From NCBI GenBank assembly GCA_905178155.1, contig CAJINV010000005.1:1986054-2050053 (forward strand): 64,000 nucleotides of DNA, in the 5' to 3' direction. The number at the start of each line of letters is the position of its first letter. Position 1 is the first letter of the stretch. Below, piece by piece: positions 1 through 11,950 of this stretch. Source of the DNA: Amoebophrya sp. A120 (lineage: Eukaryota; Protista; Dinoflagellata). Both the position numbers and the translations under genes were made by a program. Under the pieces are notes generated by a model. It saw only the letters and a list, made by a program, of their open reading frames with translations, searched no databases and was not told the origin of the DNA.

Positions 1-231
1 CTAGGTCGTCGCATAAATTAGATAAGTACTTGCTGACTTTTGCTCCGTGTAAGAAAATTGTAGCATAGGATCACAATCTCGATTGAAAAAATTCTTCACA
101 TTAAATCGGCGCAACAACAGCGACCTGCCGTGTGCTGGGTCGTTCGTGTCAAAATAACAATACGTATGATTATGAGCAAGTTCATTAGCTTTAGTGTGTA
201 GAATTGGTGTCGCATACCACTGTGAAGAAAA

Positions 232-3200
232 TCATTCTTCCTTCACCTGCTGCAACATTCTGACCTTATTGGTCGAACTGTTATCATCAACATCTTCCAC
301 TACGTCGCTCTCCGGAATTGTCACCGACGGTCGCGAGGCAGTCGCACCAGAAGTTGTGGCTGCTCCCGCTGTGTCCTCGCTAGCTGTGGTGGCCGCAGAT
401 CCGTCCTCAACTACTGGCGCGGCTGGCGGTATATGGATTGCAAATATGTCTGGGTCTGGAAGGATCCCAACTTGTGATGCTGCCTTTGGATTCTACACAG
501 AATTCGTATTTCATGAACAGCAAGGGAGGTCAAGTTTTTGCTACACAGAGAGGGCATTTCTCATGCAGTACGGGCATCAGAAAGCCGTCAAGAAAAACTC
601 TGTGATGCTAGGGCATGCATCACAGACGCCATGGGTTATGCAAAGTGTCCATGACAAACATCTGCATTCATCCAGACCCAGACATATTTGCATTCCATAC
701 GGTACGACACGACATGGCAATTCGCTTTCCCCGAACGCGATTTTCCAGACATCGTCGTACTCTTTCGCGTAAAAGATTTCAATGTTCTCCTTCAAATACG
801 CCGGCAACGCATCCACATCCCTGCGGTTGCCCTCCGGGAAAATCAGTTTCTCACAGGCGGACCGTCTTTATCCAGAGTAAAAACGTCCCCACCCCATAGT
901 CAAGAGGTAAAAATTACCAAGATGAGTTATTTGAATTGAATGAATAAGAAAATTTGCAAACAGAGGGCGCAGCGTGGCGCCGACAACAATGATCAGCAGA
1001 TATGTTGGACGGGATCAATTCGCCGAGAAGTAGTCAGCGAGCGGACGCGTCTCCGACATACATTTGCTTGTGCGCCGGATCTCCAGCTGAGTTTTTTACT
1101 GGGCGCGAGCGCCGAGTAGGGGAGGTCGCTTCTTTCGCTTTCACACAAGAATGCGGCTCGGCGAGAAAAGCCGCAAGCCAATGGCCCAAACAGAATTAAT
1201 TCGGGCCTGAATTAAATCCGCCACCACAGGCCTCACCCCGGGGCCCACGGGGGGGGAAAAATAAAAAAATCTCACTGGGCGGGAAAAAAATTCGTTTTTC
1301 CCGCCCGGAAAAAAACGAATTAAACGAATTAATCGAAAAAAAACGCGCCCAAAAAATTTGACAGGGAAATCACACATGAAATCCTGACCCAGCCCGCGGG
1401 GCCGGACCCGGAAATTAATTATTTTTAATTCCCCCTCCTGGGAGATTTTTTTTTCGATTTAATTCGAATTGATTCCGCCCCTGCTGGGCCAAAATTAAAT
1501 CCGACTCAAGGGCCAGGTTTGAATCAGGCCAAATTTTACTCGGTGCGTGGGGCCCTGTTTTTCCGGGGATGGTTTTCGTCTGGAGAAAACGCGAGTCTCC
1601 GTCGCGTCAGCATGCAGCTCCAGCAGCCATCACATCATCTGCGAGGGAGCTTGTGCAGGCCGGGCAAAACACCAACAGAAGCAAAGGACCACAACCCCAA
1701 ACAATGATGTCAACCGCTGAGCATATCAAGTCGCGCCTCCAGGTTCTGCAGCTGCAAAAAAAAAATAATTCATTTAAATGGATTAACTCATCTTGGTATT
1801 TGGACCACATAACCATAGTCAAGATGGGGAACCTGCTACACAAATCGGCCAGCTTTGGCTGTTGCGCATGACAAGTCTCGCTTCCTAGTGTAATCGTGTT
1901 GAGCTAGTTCAGCAGCATCACAGATCTAGAATGGCATGCTGATTGGAGCATCACAAATCGCAAAACACCACTCTAAAATGCTGCTCATGGGGCTCCGCAT
2001 GAGAAATATTTTAAGCACGCAGATCTGCATGACAACTATGGAGTGGGGACGTTTTTCCTTAGAATAGTCTTGCGGCGATGGTTTTCTCCTTGATGCCCCC
2101 AACGGGGAGAACCATCCCGGTCAAGGACACTTCTCCCGTCATGGCGATGTTGGGCAGGATGGATTTGTTCAAGGCAAGCGAAATGATCGCGGTGGTCATG
2201 GTGATCCCGGCGGAGGGGCTATCCTGAGTAAAAACGTCCCCACCCCAGAGTTGTGATGCAGATCTGCAAGCACAAGAGCGTTTGTAATGCGCGCTCCCAT
2301 GAGGGGCATTCTCAATCGTGTTTTGGAACTTGTAATGCTGTAAACAGCATAAGGCGATCGATTTGTTATGCGGCTTCCCTTGCTAAACTGCACTACACTA
2401 CAGCCTGCAATTTGTCATGCGTGGTTCCCAAAACTTCAAGGTTTGTGTTGCAAAATCCCCATCTTGACTCTGGGGTGGGGACGTTTTTACATAGGATAGG
2501 GACCGTCTTTCGGCGTCGCACCCTCGGGCACGTGGAGGTAAATGTCGTGCTTCCTGGCAAACTCGATTACCGCGGGGTGGAACTTTTTCGCAACCACCAT
2601 CGAGATTTTACTGGACTCCTGCATCACGTCGCCTAGACGCCCCGTCACCTGTCGTGTTTTTTGGAGGAAGGCATATATAGAGGAGCAAGAATTTATTAAC
2701 GCAAGAAGAAGTTGTACTCAGCAAACTATTGCTTCACGACGCACGAGATAAGATACAGCACAACTCGCCGTTGATCATTTTATCTCGATCAGAAAAACAT
2801 CAAGCGTTTTATATGCAAATCCCTTACATAATAAACTACGTTCAAGCTCCCTCGCCCGCTATCCGCGGTCTCGATCGCTTTTGTTTCGATATACAGCGTC
2901 GACCCGCCCAGCGCCGTCCAAGCGAGACCCATCACCACTCCGGCGGGCGGTGTCTCGTAGAGCTTGTCACTGGTGTACAGCGGCTTGCCGAGGTAGTCCG
3001 ATAAGTTCTCCGCCGTGATCGTTGGAAGGGGCTTGACTGGTGCATCAGCGGCATTTACTGTTTCTGTGGGTGCTGATGTTGAAGGAACCTGTTCACCTGC
3101 TTCTGTCGTCAAGCTTGTTGACGACGTTTTTTCGTCGGTAGTTGTACTGTCAGTGCCGGTTTTTGCTGTCGTAGTAGCTTCTGGCTCTGTAGTTGACGCA

Positions 3201-6200
3201 GGAAAAGATGCTGAAGAGGAAGAGGTTTCTGGGCTGATCGTTGTCGTGGACTCAGTTGTAGTTCCAGCGATTGCAGGACCATTCTCCGCATGATCCGAAG
3301 CTTGTTCGTTTGAAATTGAAGCCTGTGAAGTAGATGTTGTTGTACTACTGCTCTCTCCAGGTGTTATTGTCAAGTCCCCCGTTGCTTCCTCGATTGAAAT
3401 CTCTGTCTTGCTTGTTTCGGAAGATGTTGTTGAAGCTGGACCACTATCTGTGGTACTAGTTGTACTCACAGATGAATCTACTTCCGCATTCCCGTCTGCG
3501 GCGGCGATTTTCGCTTCTTCCTCTTTCTTTCGCGTCTCCTCCGCCAAAAGTTTCGCTTTTTCCTCTTCCGCCCTTTTCGCCTCTGCTACCTCAAGCTTGT
3601 CCGCGATTTCCGCGCGTTGAAAGGCCCGCTTGCGGCACAACTTCTCGATTTGCTTCTGCAGGTTTCGCACCCCCGCTTCCCGGCAGTACCACCGAATCAC
3701 GCTGTCCACCGCGTCGTTGCTGATAAAACTTATCTCGTCCTTCCCCTTCAGCCCGGACTGCTCCATCACCTTGGGAATCAAATAATTCTTCGCAATCTCC
3801 GTCTTCTCCGGGAGGTCGTATCCCGACAGCCGCACCACCTCCATGCGGTCCAGAAGCGGTTCTGGTATCGTGTCCAAGACGTTTGCCGTGCAGAGGAACA
3901 GAACCTGCGAAAAATCCACGGGTACGTCGAGGAAATGGTCCACGAAGGTGCCGTTCTGGCTGGGATCCAAAACCTCCAACAACGCACTCGACGGGTCGCC
4001 GTGCATGCCCCCGCGCCCGAGTTTGTCGATCTCGTCGATCAGGATCAAGGGGTTGTTCACTTTGGTCTGTTTCAGGCACTGGATCAGCTTCCCCGGCATG
4101 GCGCCAATGTAGGTGCGGCGGTGGCCTTTGATCTCCGCCACATCGTGCAGACCGCCTGTAGTTTCAGTATTTTTTTGAAGTTGGAGTACACAAAATATAG
4201 AAATCGTCGCATACTTAGACACCCACAGCAATAACTGCATGCTCATCATGTACATACGTACGCAGGCACCTGCAAATGCAAAACACATCATCAGCACATC
4301 ATGGGACATAAGACTGAACATGAAAATGCAAACCCACTGTTTTATGCCGAATAAAAAAAATAACTCTACTTCTATACCGACCGAGAACCGGAAAAACTCC
4401 CGATTCAGCGACTCGGCGATGCTTTTCCCAATGGAGGTCTTTCCCGTCCCTGGCGGGCCGACCAGGCAAATGATCTTTCCCTGCACCGATCCTTTTAATT
4501 TTCCAACGCCGATGAATTCCAATATTCTGTCCTTCACATCCTGCAGCCCGTAGTGGTCCCGGTCCAGGACCGTTCGCGCTTTGGACAAACTGAAATTCTC
4601 CTTCGACTGCAGGTCAAAGGGCAAAACCGTCAACCAGTCCAAATAGTTCCGCGCGACCTGGAACTCGGAGGAGTTCTTGTCCAGGAAAGACAATTTGTCC
4701 AGTTCCGCGTCGATCACTTCCTTTATCTCCTCCGGGATTTTCCGGTCTTTTATCCGTATCCCACGGAAAAACTGTTTCACTGGGATGATCTTGCAAGATC
4801 TGCATCACAAGTTTGTTACACATGACACAGAAAATTTGCCATGCGCACTTCCCAAGGGAAAACACGCTGAAAAATCCAATGTCTTGCAGGTGTAGCAAGA
4901 CAAATCGTTCTGCGCTCCATTCTCTGCATCACAAGTTCACAGTGAAACAGTTTTTTCTTGCGATAATCCGGTCCTTGAACTTGATAGCCAGCGCGTCCTT
5001 GTCGTCTTTCTCCATCCCCAGTTCCTTCTTGATCACCTTCAGCTGTTCGCGCAAATAGAAGTCCTTCTGTATTACAGTGAAAAATGCCCCCACCCTCGGA
5101 ATTTGCAGAAGTTTTCCATGCAAAGTGTCAAAATAAAAGCTTTTTGTCTTGCATAAAAGGACTGCGAGCGTTTCTGATGCAGAATCAGGGTGCGCAAGGT
5201 GCCTTGTGAATAACAGATCCGGCTGCTGTTGGGCTACTTCGCAACACAAATTTGACCTATTCAGCATGGAAAATTTGTGATGCTGAGATATGCAAGACGG
5301 GGAATGTTTCTGTTGCGAAGGTTTGCAATACAAATGCTGCCAAGCTGGGGGTGGGGGCATTTTTCACTGTAATATTCTGCTGTTTCTGCACCGTCTCCTC
5401 GACCTGGGACCGAATTTTCACCTGCGCCTCGATCACCTGCAGTTCCTTCTGCAAAAGCTGATACGCGAGCTGCAGCCGCTTCACGCCGTTCGGCTCGTGG
5501 TATGAAGTTGCACAATTGATTCCCCCTCGTTCTCAGTTTTTCATGCACAACAGCAACTGTACTACACTTTGCCTTTTAGCTTTTGCCACTACTATGCATG
5601 ACAGGTTTACAGAGAAGCCGAAGCTCAGCACTAGACTCTGTCGCGATCATTTCTTGTCATGCAAAAGCTGCACCTATCATGTCAGCACGACTCGTGTTGC
5701 TGCTCATGCCGCGTCTTGAATGCGGGGGGTCGAGGGGGAGGAGCTCTGTGCACTCTCGTATCTGGAACACCTGCATGGTCTCCTCTTTCGTGCCCGATGT
5801 CATGGCGGAGGCGAAGTCCGCCAGTCGGCCGGGGTTCTGGTGGTCCGACTTGAAGGTGGGAGACTGCATCGCGAACTCGAGGAACTCGCGGAACTGGGGG
5901 TTTAGCCGGAAGATGTCTATTGCAAGGAAAAATCCCCCCTCCCCATATTGCAAACGTATCCGTCTGAAAATTTGCGACGCGCGTTTGTGACCTCAAATCC
6001 TGTCTGTCTTGCAAGAAGGCAAGACCAGAGAGCGCCCCACATTTTGCAGGCGGTTTGTGATGCTGTTGGGCTTAGAGCATACACGGTTGTCATGCTAGTC
6101 GCCTACGTCAAAACCTCTCGACTGAGGCTTGACATATGCCTACAGTCCTCCACTGCAAGACAAATCTGATTTGTGTACGGAAATCCAGCATCAGAAACTT

Positions 6201-7659
6201 CGTTGCGATATAATGGGGAGGGGGGATTTTTCCTTTTGATAATGTCCTGGATCAGTTTGATCGTTTCTTGCACCAAAGCCCTCGATATGGATTGCAAAAA
6301 TGTCTGGGTCTGGAAGATTGCAACTTGTCATGGTAAATCTGAAGCATGCAAAAATCTATGTTGCATGAGTGCCAAAAGCTGTCCACTTTTGACCAAGTTG
6401 GAAGGGCGTTTCTTTCTCATGCAGGACAGGCATGGCAGAGACTTCGCAGAGTCTGTCATGCTCAGTCCCGCATTCCAGACCTCATGGGTCATGGAAAATC
6501 AGCATGACAAGTCTACACTTTTCCAGACCCAGACATTTTTGCACTTGATACTCGACATCTGCTCGTTTTCCTGTTCGGCGGCGGAATTCTTAGCAGTGTC
6601 GCCGTCTTTAGTACTCAAGGAGCCCGAAGAAGAAGATGATGCAGCTCCCGGGGTTCCATGCTCCGCGTTCTTGCTCCAATGCACTACGTTAGTGTGCAGC
6701 GGCGGGCCGAAGTTTTCAATTTGTTTCAGCGTTATTCTCCGATGTCCGGTCACTTGGATCTGATGCAATTCGCAGGCGTGATAAAAATCAAGATTAAGAT
6801 TGCAGTTTTATATACATTTCGAAGAAATCGCTCTTGTGAAGGACCACTTCACGACAAAGGAGGTTCTTAAAGTGGACCGATGATGATGATGATGTTACCC
6901 AGTAAAGGGTTTGGGGTGTAGAAGAATTAAACTATTCTTCAGCTTCGTCCTGTTAAACTAGTCTTCAGCTTCGATGAAATGTTACAATCTGACCTTCTCG
7001 TGAAAAAAATATCAAGTGCGTACCTGCAGTCCTCCCGTCGCCTGCAGTGGCATTACCTGCTGGATGCTAGCCAGTGTGCCGACTTCATAGAGCTGATTTG
7101 TGTTCGTCACAATCTCCTCGTCAAACGCCGAACTCCCCCTCGTCGTGGTGCTGCCCTCCTGGTCTGCGCTTTCGGCATGATCTGATGCCGTGCTGCTGCT
7201 GCTGCCTCCTGCCGCTGCTGTCGTCCCACCAGATCCTGCAATCTCTGCCGGGTCTTTCCGTAAGAACAGCCCCAGATATGGGGTCTGGCTCTGAATCAAT
7301 CGGTTAATCTCCTCTACGACTTTTGGATTCCTGACCCAGATCGGCATGCGCTGCCCGGGAAAAAGCGGCTTGCGACTGATTGGCAGGGACAGGATGGACT
7401 GAAACCGCGGGGGCTCGCCGACTTTCGACAAGCTTTTTGTCGTGGTGTTGGGCGCGCCGGCGCTGTTTCGCGCGCTGCTATTGTTTCCCGCCCCGGAGAG
7501 AACCGAGGGTCTGCGCCAGTAGGGCTCATCGGAAAAGAAGCGGAGTTGCACCTGCTGCAGCCCGCATCTGCCGAGCGGGAAGGCAAAACTCGATGGACGC
7601 GAGGTTGTTGTATACTGCGCGACCAGAGTTGACCCCGCACAAGAACCGCGGGCGAGCAT
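232..7659 (-). CDS. LONP1: Mitochondrial-type ATP-dependent Lon protease, about 12 exons
   Basis: Spliced translation gives [11 protein letters not shown] (N domain), LDRDHYGL, Walker [22 protein letters not shown], Walker B LIDEIDK, catalytic PKDGPSAG and VGGIKEK. The N-terminus is R/S-rich like a presequence. Three introns are GT-AG (6760-7023, 4156-4377, ~2649-2839) and eight are TIR elements. Confidence 0.96.
432..699. mobile_element. Introner, family A
   Basis: TIR TATGGATTGCAAATATGTCTGGGTCTGGA / TCCAGACCCAGACATATTTGCATTCCATA; TSD CGGTA; removal restores Lon CRVVP-PAAP. Confidence 0.93.
869..2066. mobile_element. Introner, family E, enlarged by a nested insertion
   Basis: TIR TATCCAGAGTAAAAACGTCCCCACCCCATAGT / ACTATGGAGTGGGGACGTTTTTCCTTAGAATA; TSD GTCTT; removal gives [16 protein letters not shown]. 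Confidence 0.9.
906..1814. mobile_element. Nested MULE-like non-autonomous TIR element
   Basis: 10-bp direct repeat ATAGTCAAGA at 896-905 and 1815-1824; GGT...ACC ends; imperfect long TIR with core TACCAAGATGAGTTA / TAACTCATCTTGGTA. Confidence 0.75.
2220..2498. mobile_element. Introner, family E
   Basis: TIR TATCCT..GTAAAAACGTCCCCACCCCAGAGT at both ends; TSD GGGGC/GGGAC; splits DGP|SAG. Confidence 0.92.
4757..4965. mobile_element. Introner, family D
   Basis: TIR TATC..GAAAAACTGTTTCACTG; TSD ATCCG; removal gives [13 protein letters not shown]. Confidence 0.92.
5070..5374. mobile_element. Introner, family C
   Basis: Perfect TIR TATTACAGTGAAAAATGCCCCCACCC; TSD TTCTG; removal gives [12 protein letters not shown]. 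Confidence 0.94.
5501..5760. mobile_element. Degenerate introner
   Basis: Imperfect TIR TATGAAGTTGCACA vs TACGAGAGTGCACA; decayed TSD (TGG shared); removal gives [13 protein letters not shown]. Confidence 0.65.
5918..6241. mobile_element. Introner, family B
   Basis: TIR TAT..AAGGAAAAATCCCCCCTCCCCAT; TSD ATGTC; removal gives [11 protein letters not shown]. Confidence 0.93.
6286..6550. mobile_element. Introner, family A
   Basis: TIR core GCAAAAATGTCTGGGTCTGGAA; TSD CTCGA; removal gives [11 protein letters not shown]. Confidence 0.93.
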
Positions 7660-8490
7660 GTTGGTGGTCGTGTCAGCTCTGCAGCTGCGCTGTTCCTCTT
7701 GCAGGAGTTTGCTCTCCCTCTATTGTCAGACCACACGAGACTGCCGCGCCTGCTGAGGACAATATACTTCCATCCCGGCTCTGAGGCCTAGAAGCCTCGC
7801 ATGGCATCCTTGGGTTTACTTGTAGCTGCTGGAGTAACGGTAAGCATGAATCAAAATTATCGATAGTCTTTACAAAGTGCTACGGATCTACGTAAGACAT
7901 CAAAATCGAGGGGATAATCAGTTATTCAGTTGTGCATGTGCTTATTTCCGCTCAGAAACAAAAACAAAACCGTGATCAAAGGAAAAATGTTGTGAAAAAC
8001 AGTTTGGAAAAAGCTTCTTTGGACCTGCTGCTGTTCTTTCGGAATTTTTAAAAGCAAGGAGGATCTACTTCGCAAAAACACTACTAAGAAGCGGCACGAA
8101 CCGAGGACCGATTTGTAGAAACTTGAGATAATCAGTTAATTTTTTGGTTCGGGAACTTCTTCTATCTTGCGTAGACCGGTGATCGAACTTCTCGCGTCTC
8201 TGGCTACTTGTACTTACCTTCTGTTTCTTGAAAAAATAACAACAAGATGAACACTGATATCGCTTTCGATTCTCTAAGCGAGAAAAGTTCCAAGTTGCAT
8301 CTTCTCGCAACTACGTTTCGTGTTTATTCGGTGCTGCTGAGAAAAGGAGCGAATAAACTATCGAGTTTTAAACGTCCTCGTGCAGCGATCATACTGCGCT
8401 CTCTTGGTTCACGCGTTCAGTTGGCGACTGACAGGCCGTTAGTTGCGCTGGAATGGACATACTGTTTCAATTCCGAGAATAAATGTTCTG

Positions 8491-9176
8491 TCACAACAAT
8501 TTCAGGTCCCCTGTGAGTTCGTCTAGCACGTCCTTTTCTTCCGGCCCGATCGCGAGAACGGTTTTGGTATTGGGCGCTATTTGTGTCCTACCCGCGTCAG
8601 TTACTGTGTAGTAGTTGAGGCCTCTTCTCCTCGCCTCCTTCTCTAGCTTCATCATTTGCTCCTCGTCCTGGCATTGCAACGCAATCTTCGCTTGGCCCCA
8701 TCTCCGCCAGACACGTATTCTATCCTTATCTGCCTGTGCCTTTTCATACGCACCCAGCACTGCGTGCCCGCACTGGGCAGCGATCTTGCCCTTCTGCATG
8801 CCGAGGTCTTTGCGCACGATCATGACCATTTTCAGCTCCTTGGTACCACTTATGGTGGCGACGGCCTGGTGGTGTTTTTGAGGTGTATCAATGAGAACGA
8901 CGTGCATTAAGTACTTTATTTGCACTGCAAAAATAATATAGAAAATTGCTTCACCGACGGCACAATACAGAGCAGTTACGAATGAGGCAAAACAAAGCTG
9001 TCATGATGAAAGTAGATCATCTACTTTATCAGGTACTTATGTATTGATACCTGTTTTGTATTTTTTCCCGCAGTCGCGATTATCGTCCTGAGCAGCATGG
9101 GTACCAGCTGCGTGCAGAGCAGCGCTATGCACACTCCAAGCAGGAAATTAGTGTCCGTGAATGCTGCGAGTACCAT
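8491..9176 (-). CDS. PTH2: Peptidyl-tRNA hydrolase 2, with probable hydrophobic N-terminal exon (9051-9176)
   Basis: Motifs KMVMIVRKDLGMQKGKIAAQCGHA, WGQAKIAL, DAGRTQIAP, TVLAIGP, TGDLKLL. The exon junction is uncertain. Confidence 0.93.
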
Positions 9177-10061
9177 GGCGTTTCGTCTATGTGTGTAGTG
9201 TTGTTTCTGGAAGTTGTAAAAACAAAAAGGAGCATGGGGAAGGCAAAGAAATTAATTTACGTAAATTTTGACAGTAAAAAACTTCAGTAAATAAAGCCAC
9301 AAAAACTTATTTTTACGAGCGGTTTTTTCAAAACGCTCGAACCCACAGGCAGCGGCTCCACCTGTGAATATTTTAGTAAGCACTCAAGGAAGGGTGATCG
9401 CTCACGAATAAAAGCAATCGCAAAATAAACCAGACCTTACAAAGGCGTCACTCAAATTAGAATCTTGCTGCACCAAACCGTGAGCTGCAATTGTTCCCCG
9501 TGTTTCACACATTTCGTTAGGCAGAAGATCACATGACGAGCCTCAGATCTGCGAATACGAGCGAGCACTGGTGAATGTGATCCGTTCGGCTGCTCTTCAG
9601 TGGTTATGGGAGCACGCGCAGTCATTTATTTTCGAAATAGAGCCGCGGAACAACGAACTGCGTTCGTGCAAGAGAACACCTTTTTCTTTTTGAAGATGAA
9701 AGTAAGAAAGTGATAGATATACTGTCTTTCATCTGATCCTGACCTTGTCTTTCACTTTTTTCCACACCACCAGGGTGGATTTCCAGATGAAAAGGTCACA
9801 ACACAAACATTGGCGTATATATAACTAACTGTTTTTTGAAGTTCGAAACCATGAGCGGTGACCCACCGGTATGTATTGTACATTTGCAGAACTACAAAAC
9901 TCTTCTTCAACGAGCAGCAGCAGGGCAACTTCTCACCGGGAGCTACGGTGGCAGAACTCCATCGCACAGCGACGGCGTCATGGTAAGTAACCACACGGAC
10001 CTGCAGAAGCAGGACCAGGACCCAGACCGAAGATGCTTGCATATTAATATCAATTTGCAAC

Positions 10062-11181
10062 CTATTTCGTCTGCGCCGCCGAGTCGAGCTTGGGACTGAC
10101 GATGTCTTGCGTGACAAGGTAGGGTGGCTCCCCGCCAATCTCCATCTTGTAGGTCGAACCTGGGAATTTTTTTGAAAAAAACGTGGGCACAAGTCGCTCT
10201 CCGGGGCAAAACACGTGCAAACGAGTGAGAGAAATAGGACAGACTGCCTTCACTATGCAAACGCATGAAGAGAGGGAGAGCTGCTACCTCACACCTCAGC
10301 AATAAATACCTAACATCAACATGGAACAGTTTGTTCTGTACAATACCGTAAAACGGCGTTTCTTCGCTGCTCATTTGTCTGGTTCCCATCCACTTTTGCA
10401 TGTTAATCGAGTCTGGCATTCCATTCCAATATTTGTACTTGTCTCGCGGCGGGCAGTGCGAAGCTGTTTTGGATTTTTCGCAACACAAATCAATGAAATT
10501 GTCTTTGTCAATTTCGTGCATATAATTCATAAGAACAGACTGTCTTACATGCCGCACAGTAAACGACTACGACTACAACATCAACGACCTCAGCAACAAT
10601 TTATAAAAGTCATTAACCTAGTAAAAGTACCTTTTATTTCCGCCTGTCTCTGCACGACCTTTCCAATCCTCTCCATGGTCACATCCCAGCTGTGGTCGTT
10701 GACGTCCTGCTGCGTGATGGGCAGGTGCCGCACCGGTTCGAGCCTCTTGAACGCGCCCGCTTTTCTGACCCGCAGGTCGTGGTTGTTCTGTTTGTGCTGG
10801 AGCAGCGCCGCCTTTTTGTGGCTGTTGATGGTCTCCTCCCGTAAGAGGACCGAGCCCTCCTTCCCGGTGCGGTTCAGTATGTCACCACCCCCCATGCTGG
10901 TCCGAGCCACCTTCTAGTATCTGAAATCGAATCAAAATGCTTCGTCGTTTATGTATGTCAGATGAAGAAAAGTTCCGTTCGTCTTAACAAAACCGATATG
11001 AAGACAAAAAAGCGTTCGAATGGTACAACAGTTTCTCGTAAAACAAAACTACTCTACTGCGCTGAAACGAAAGTGGCAACGTCAAGGAGGGCCTGTAGGA
11101 AACAAGTCGTGAGTTGAGTTCATTATGGAAAGAAAGACGAAAAGCCGCCACTTCTCGTTGAAATAGCGACGCAGTATTCAT
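10062..11181 (-). CDS. Hypothetical multi-exon protein
   Basis: GC-rich coding-like blocks at 10660-10915 and 10062-10160 with AG acceptors; no recognisable family. Confidence 0.45.
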
Positions 11182-11950
11182 TGTTCCCCTCCGATGCAGC
11201 TACACAGTTCCTCAGGACGATAGTGCGAAAAAGCTCCTCGCTATGGTCTCTCGAAATAGGCTAGGTCCATGTGCTTTAGAATTTGCTGGACAGGGACAAT
11301 TAGATGCACGACGAGGTGGATGGACGAACGAAGTCAAGACGCCAACAACCCTTCTGTAGCTAAACGAAAATAACGACCCGCAGTTGCACACGCATTTTCT
11401 TTTTTTTTCCGGTGCTGGGAATGCGCATCAGAATCAGCAAGCGCGCGATGCGACGATTAAAGTTTTATTTTGATCTTCATCTTGGTGTACAATGCATTAG
11501 ATTTTCTGCGCGCGGCAATGGCTGTATTCACGAGTTCAACGTTTCAATTGTTCTTCCACTACCCAAGCAGCGATGCTGAATTCGTGGCGTGACAATATAC
11601 CAGATTTTTTCCCGACGCCGATCCGAATCCATACGATCACTGCCAAGAGGCTACACGCACGTCTGAAAAGTTGTATCAAAAGTTAGTTTTTGTCTGCAAC
11701 AACACTAAATAAAGCATTGTGTTTATTTACTGAGTTTCTGTTTAGTTGTTTGAGTTGGTATGGTACTTTCCTGTCTAAAGTTTTACCAGAATCAGCTTGC
11801 AAAGTGTTTACTTTCTGTGGTTGTTCTTCTTCCTACCTTGTGTCTGATTTAATTGATAAGATTGTAAAAGACGGCGTTGTGCTGAACAAGATGAACGCAG
11901 CCTGCCTCCTGCTGCACCTGTTGTTCGTTGAGCGGCCGTCGTCCTGCTCT

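Noticed and set aside
1195-1580. Homopolymer-rich tract with AATT and CCGG runs
   Set aside because: Probably the low-complexity interior of the nested element or poorly polished sequence; no definable unit.
4156-4377. Apparent 74-aa hydrophobic insertion in the Lon AAA+ domain
   Set aside because: It is a stop-free 222-nt GT-AG intron; removal restores [14 protein letters not shown].
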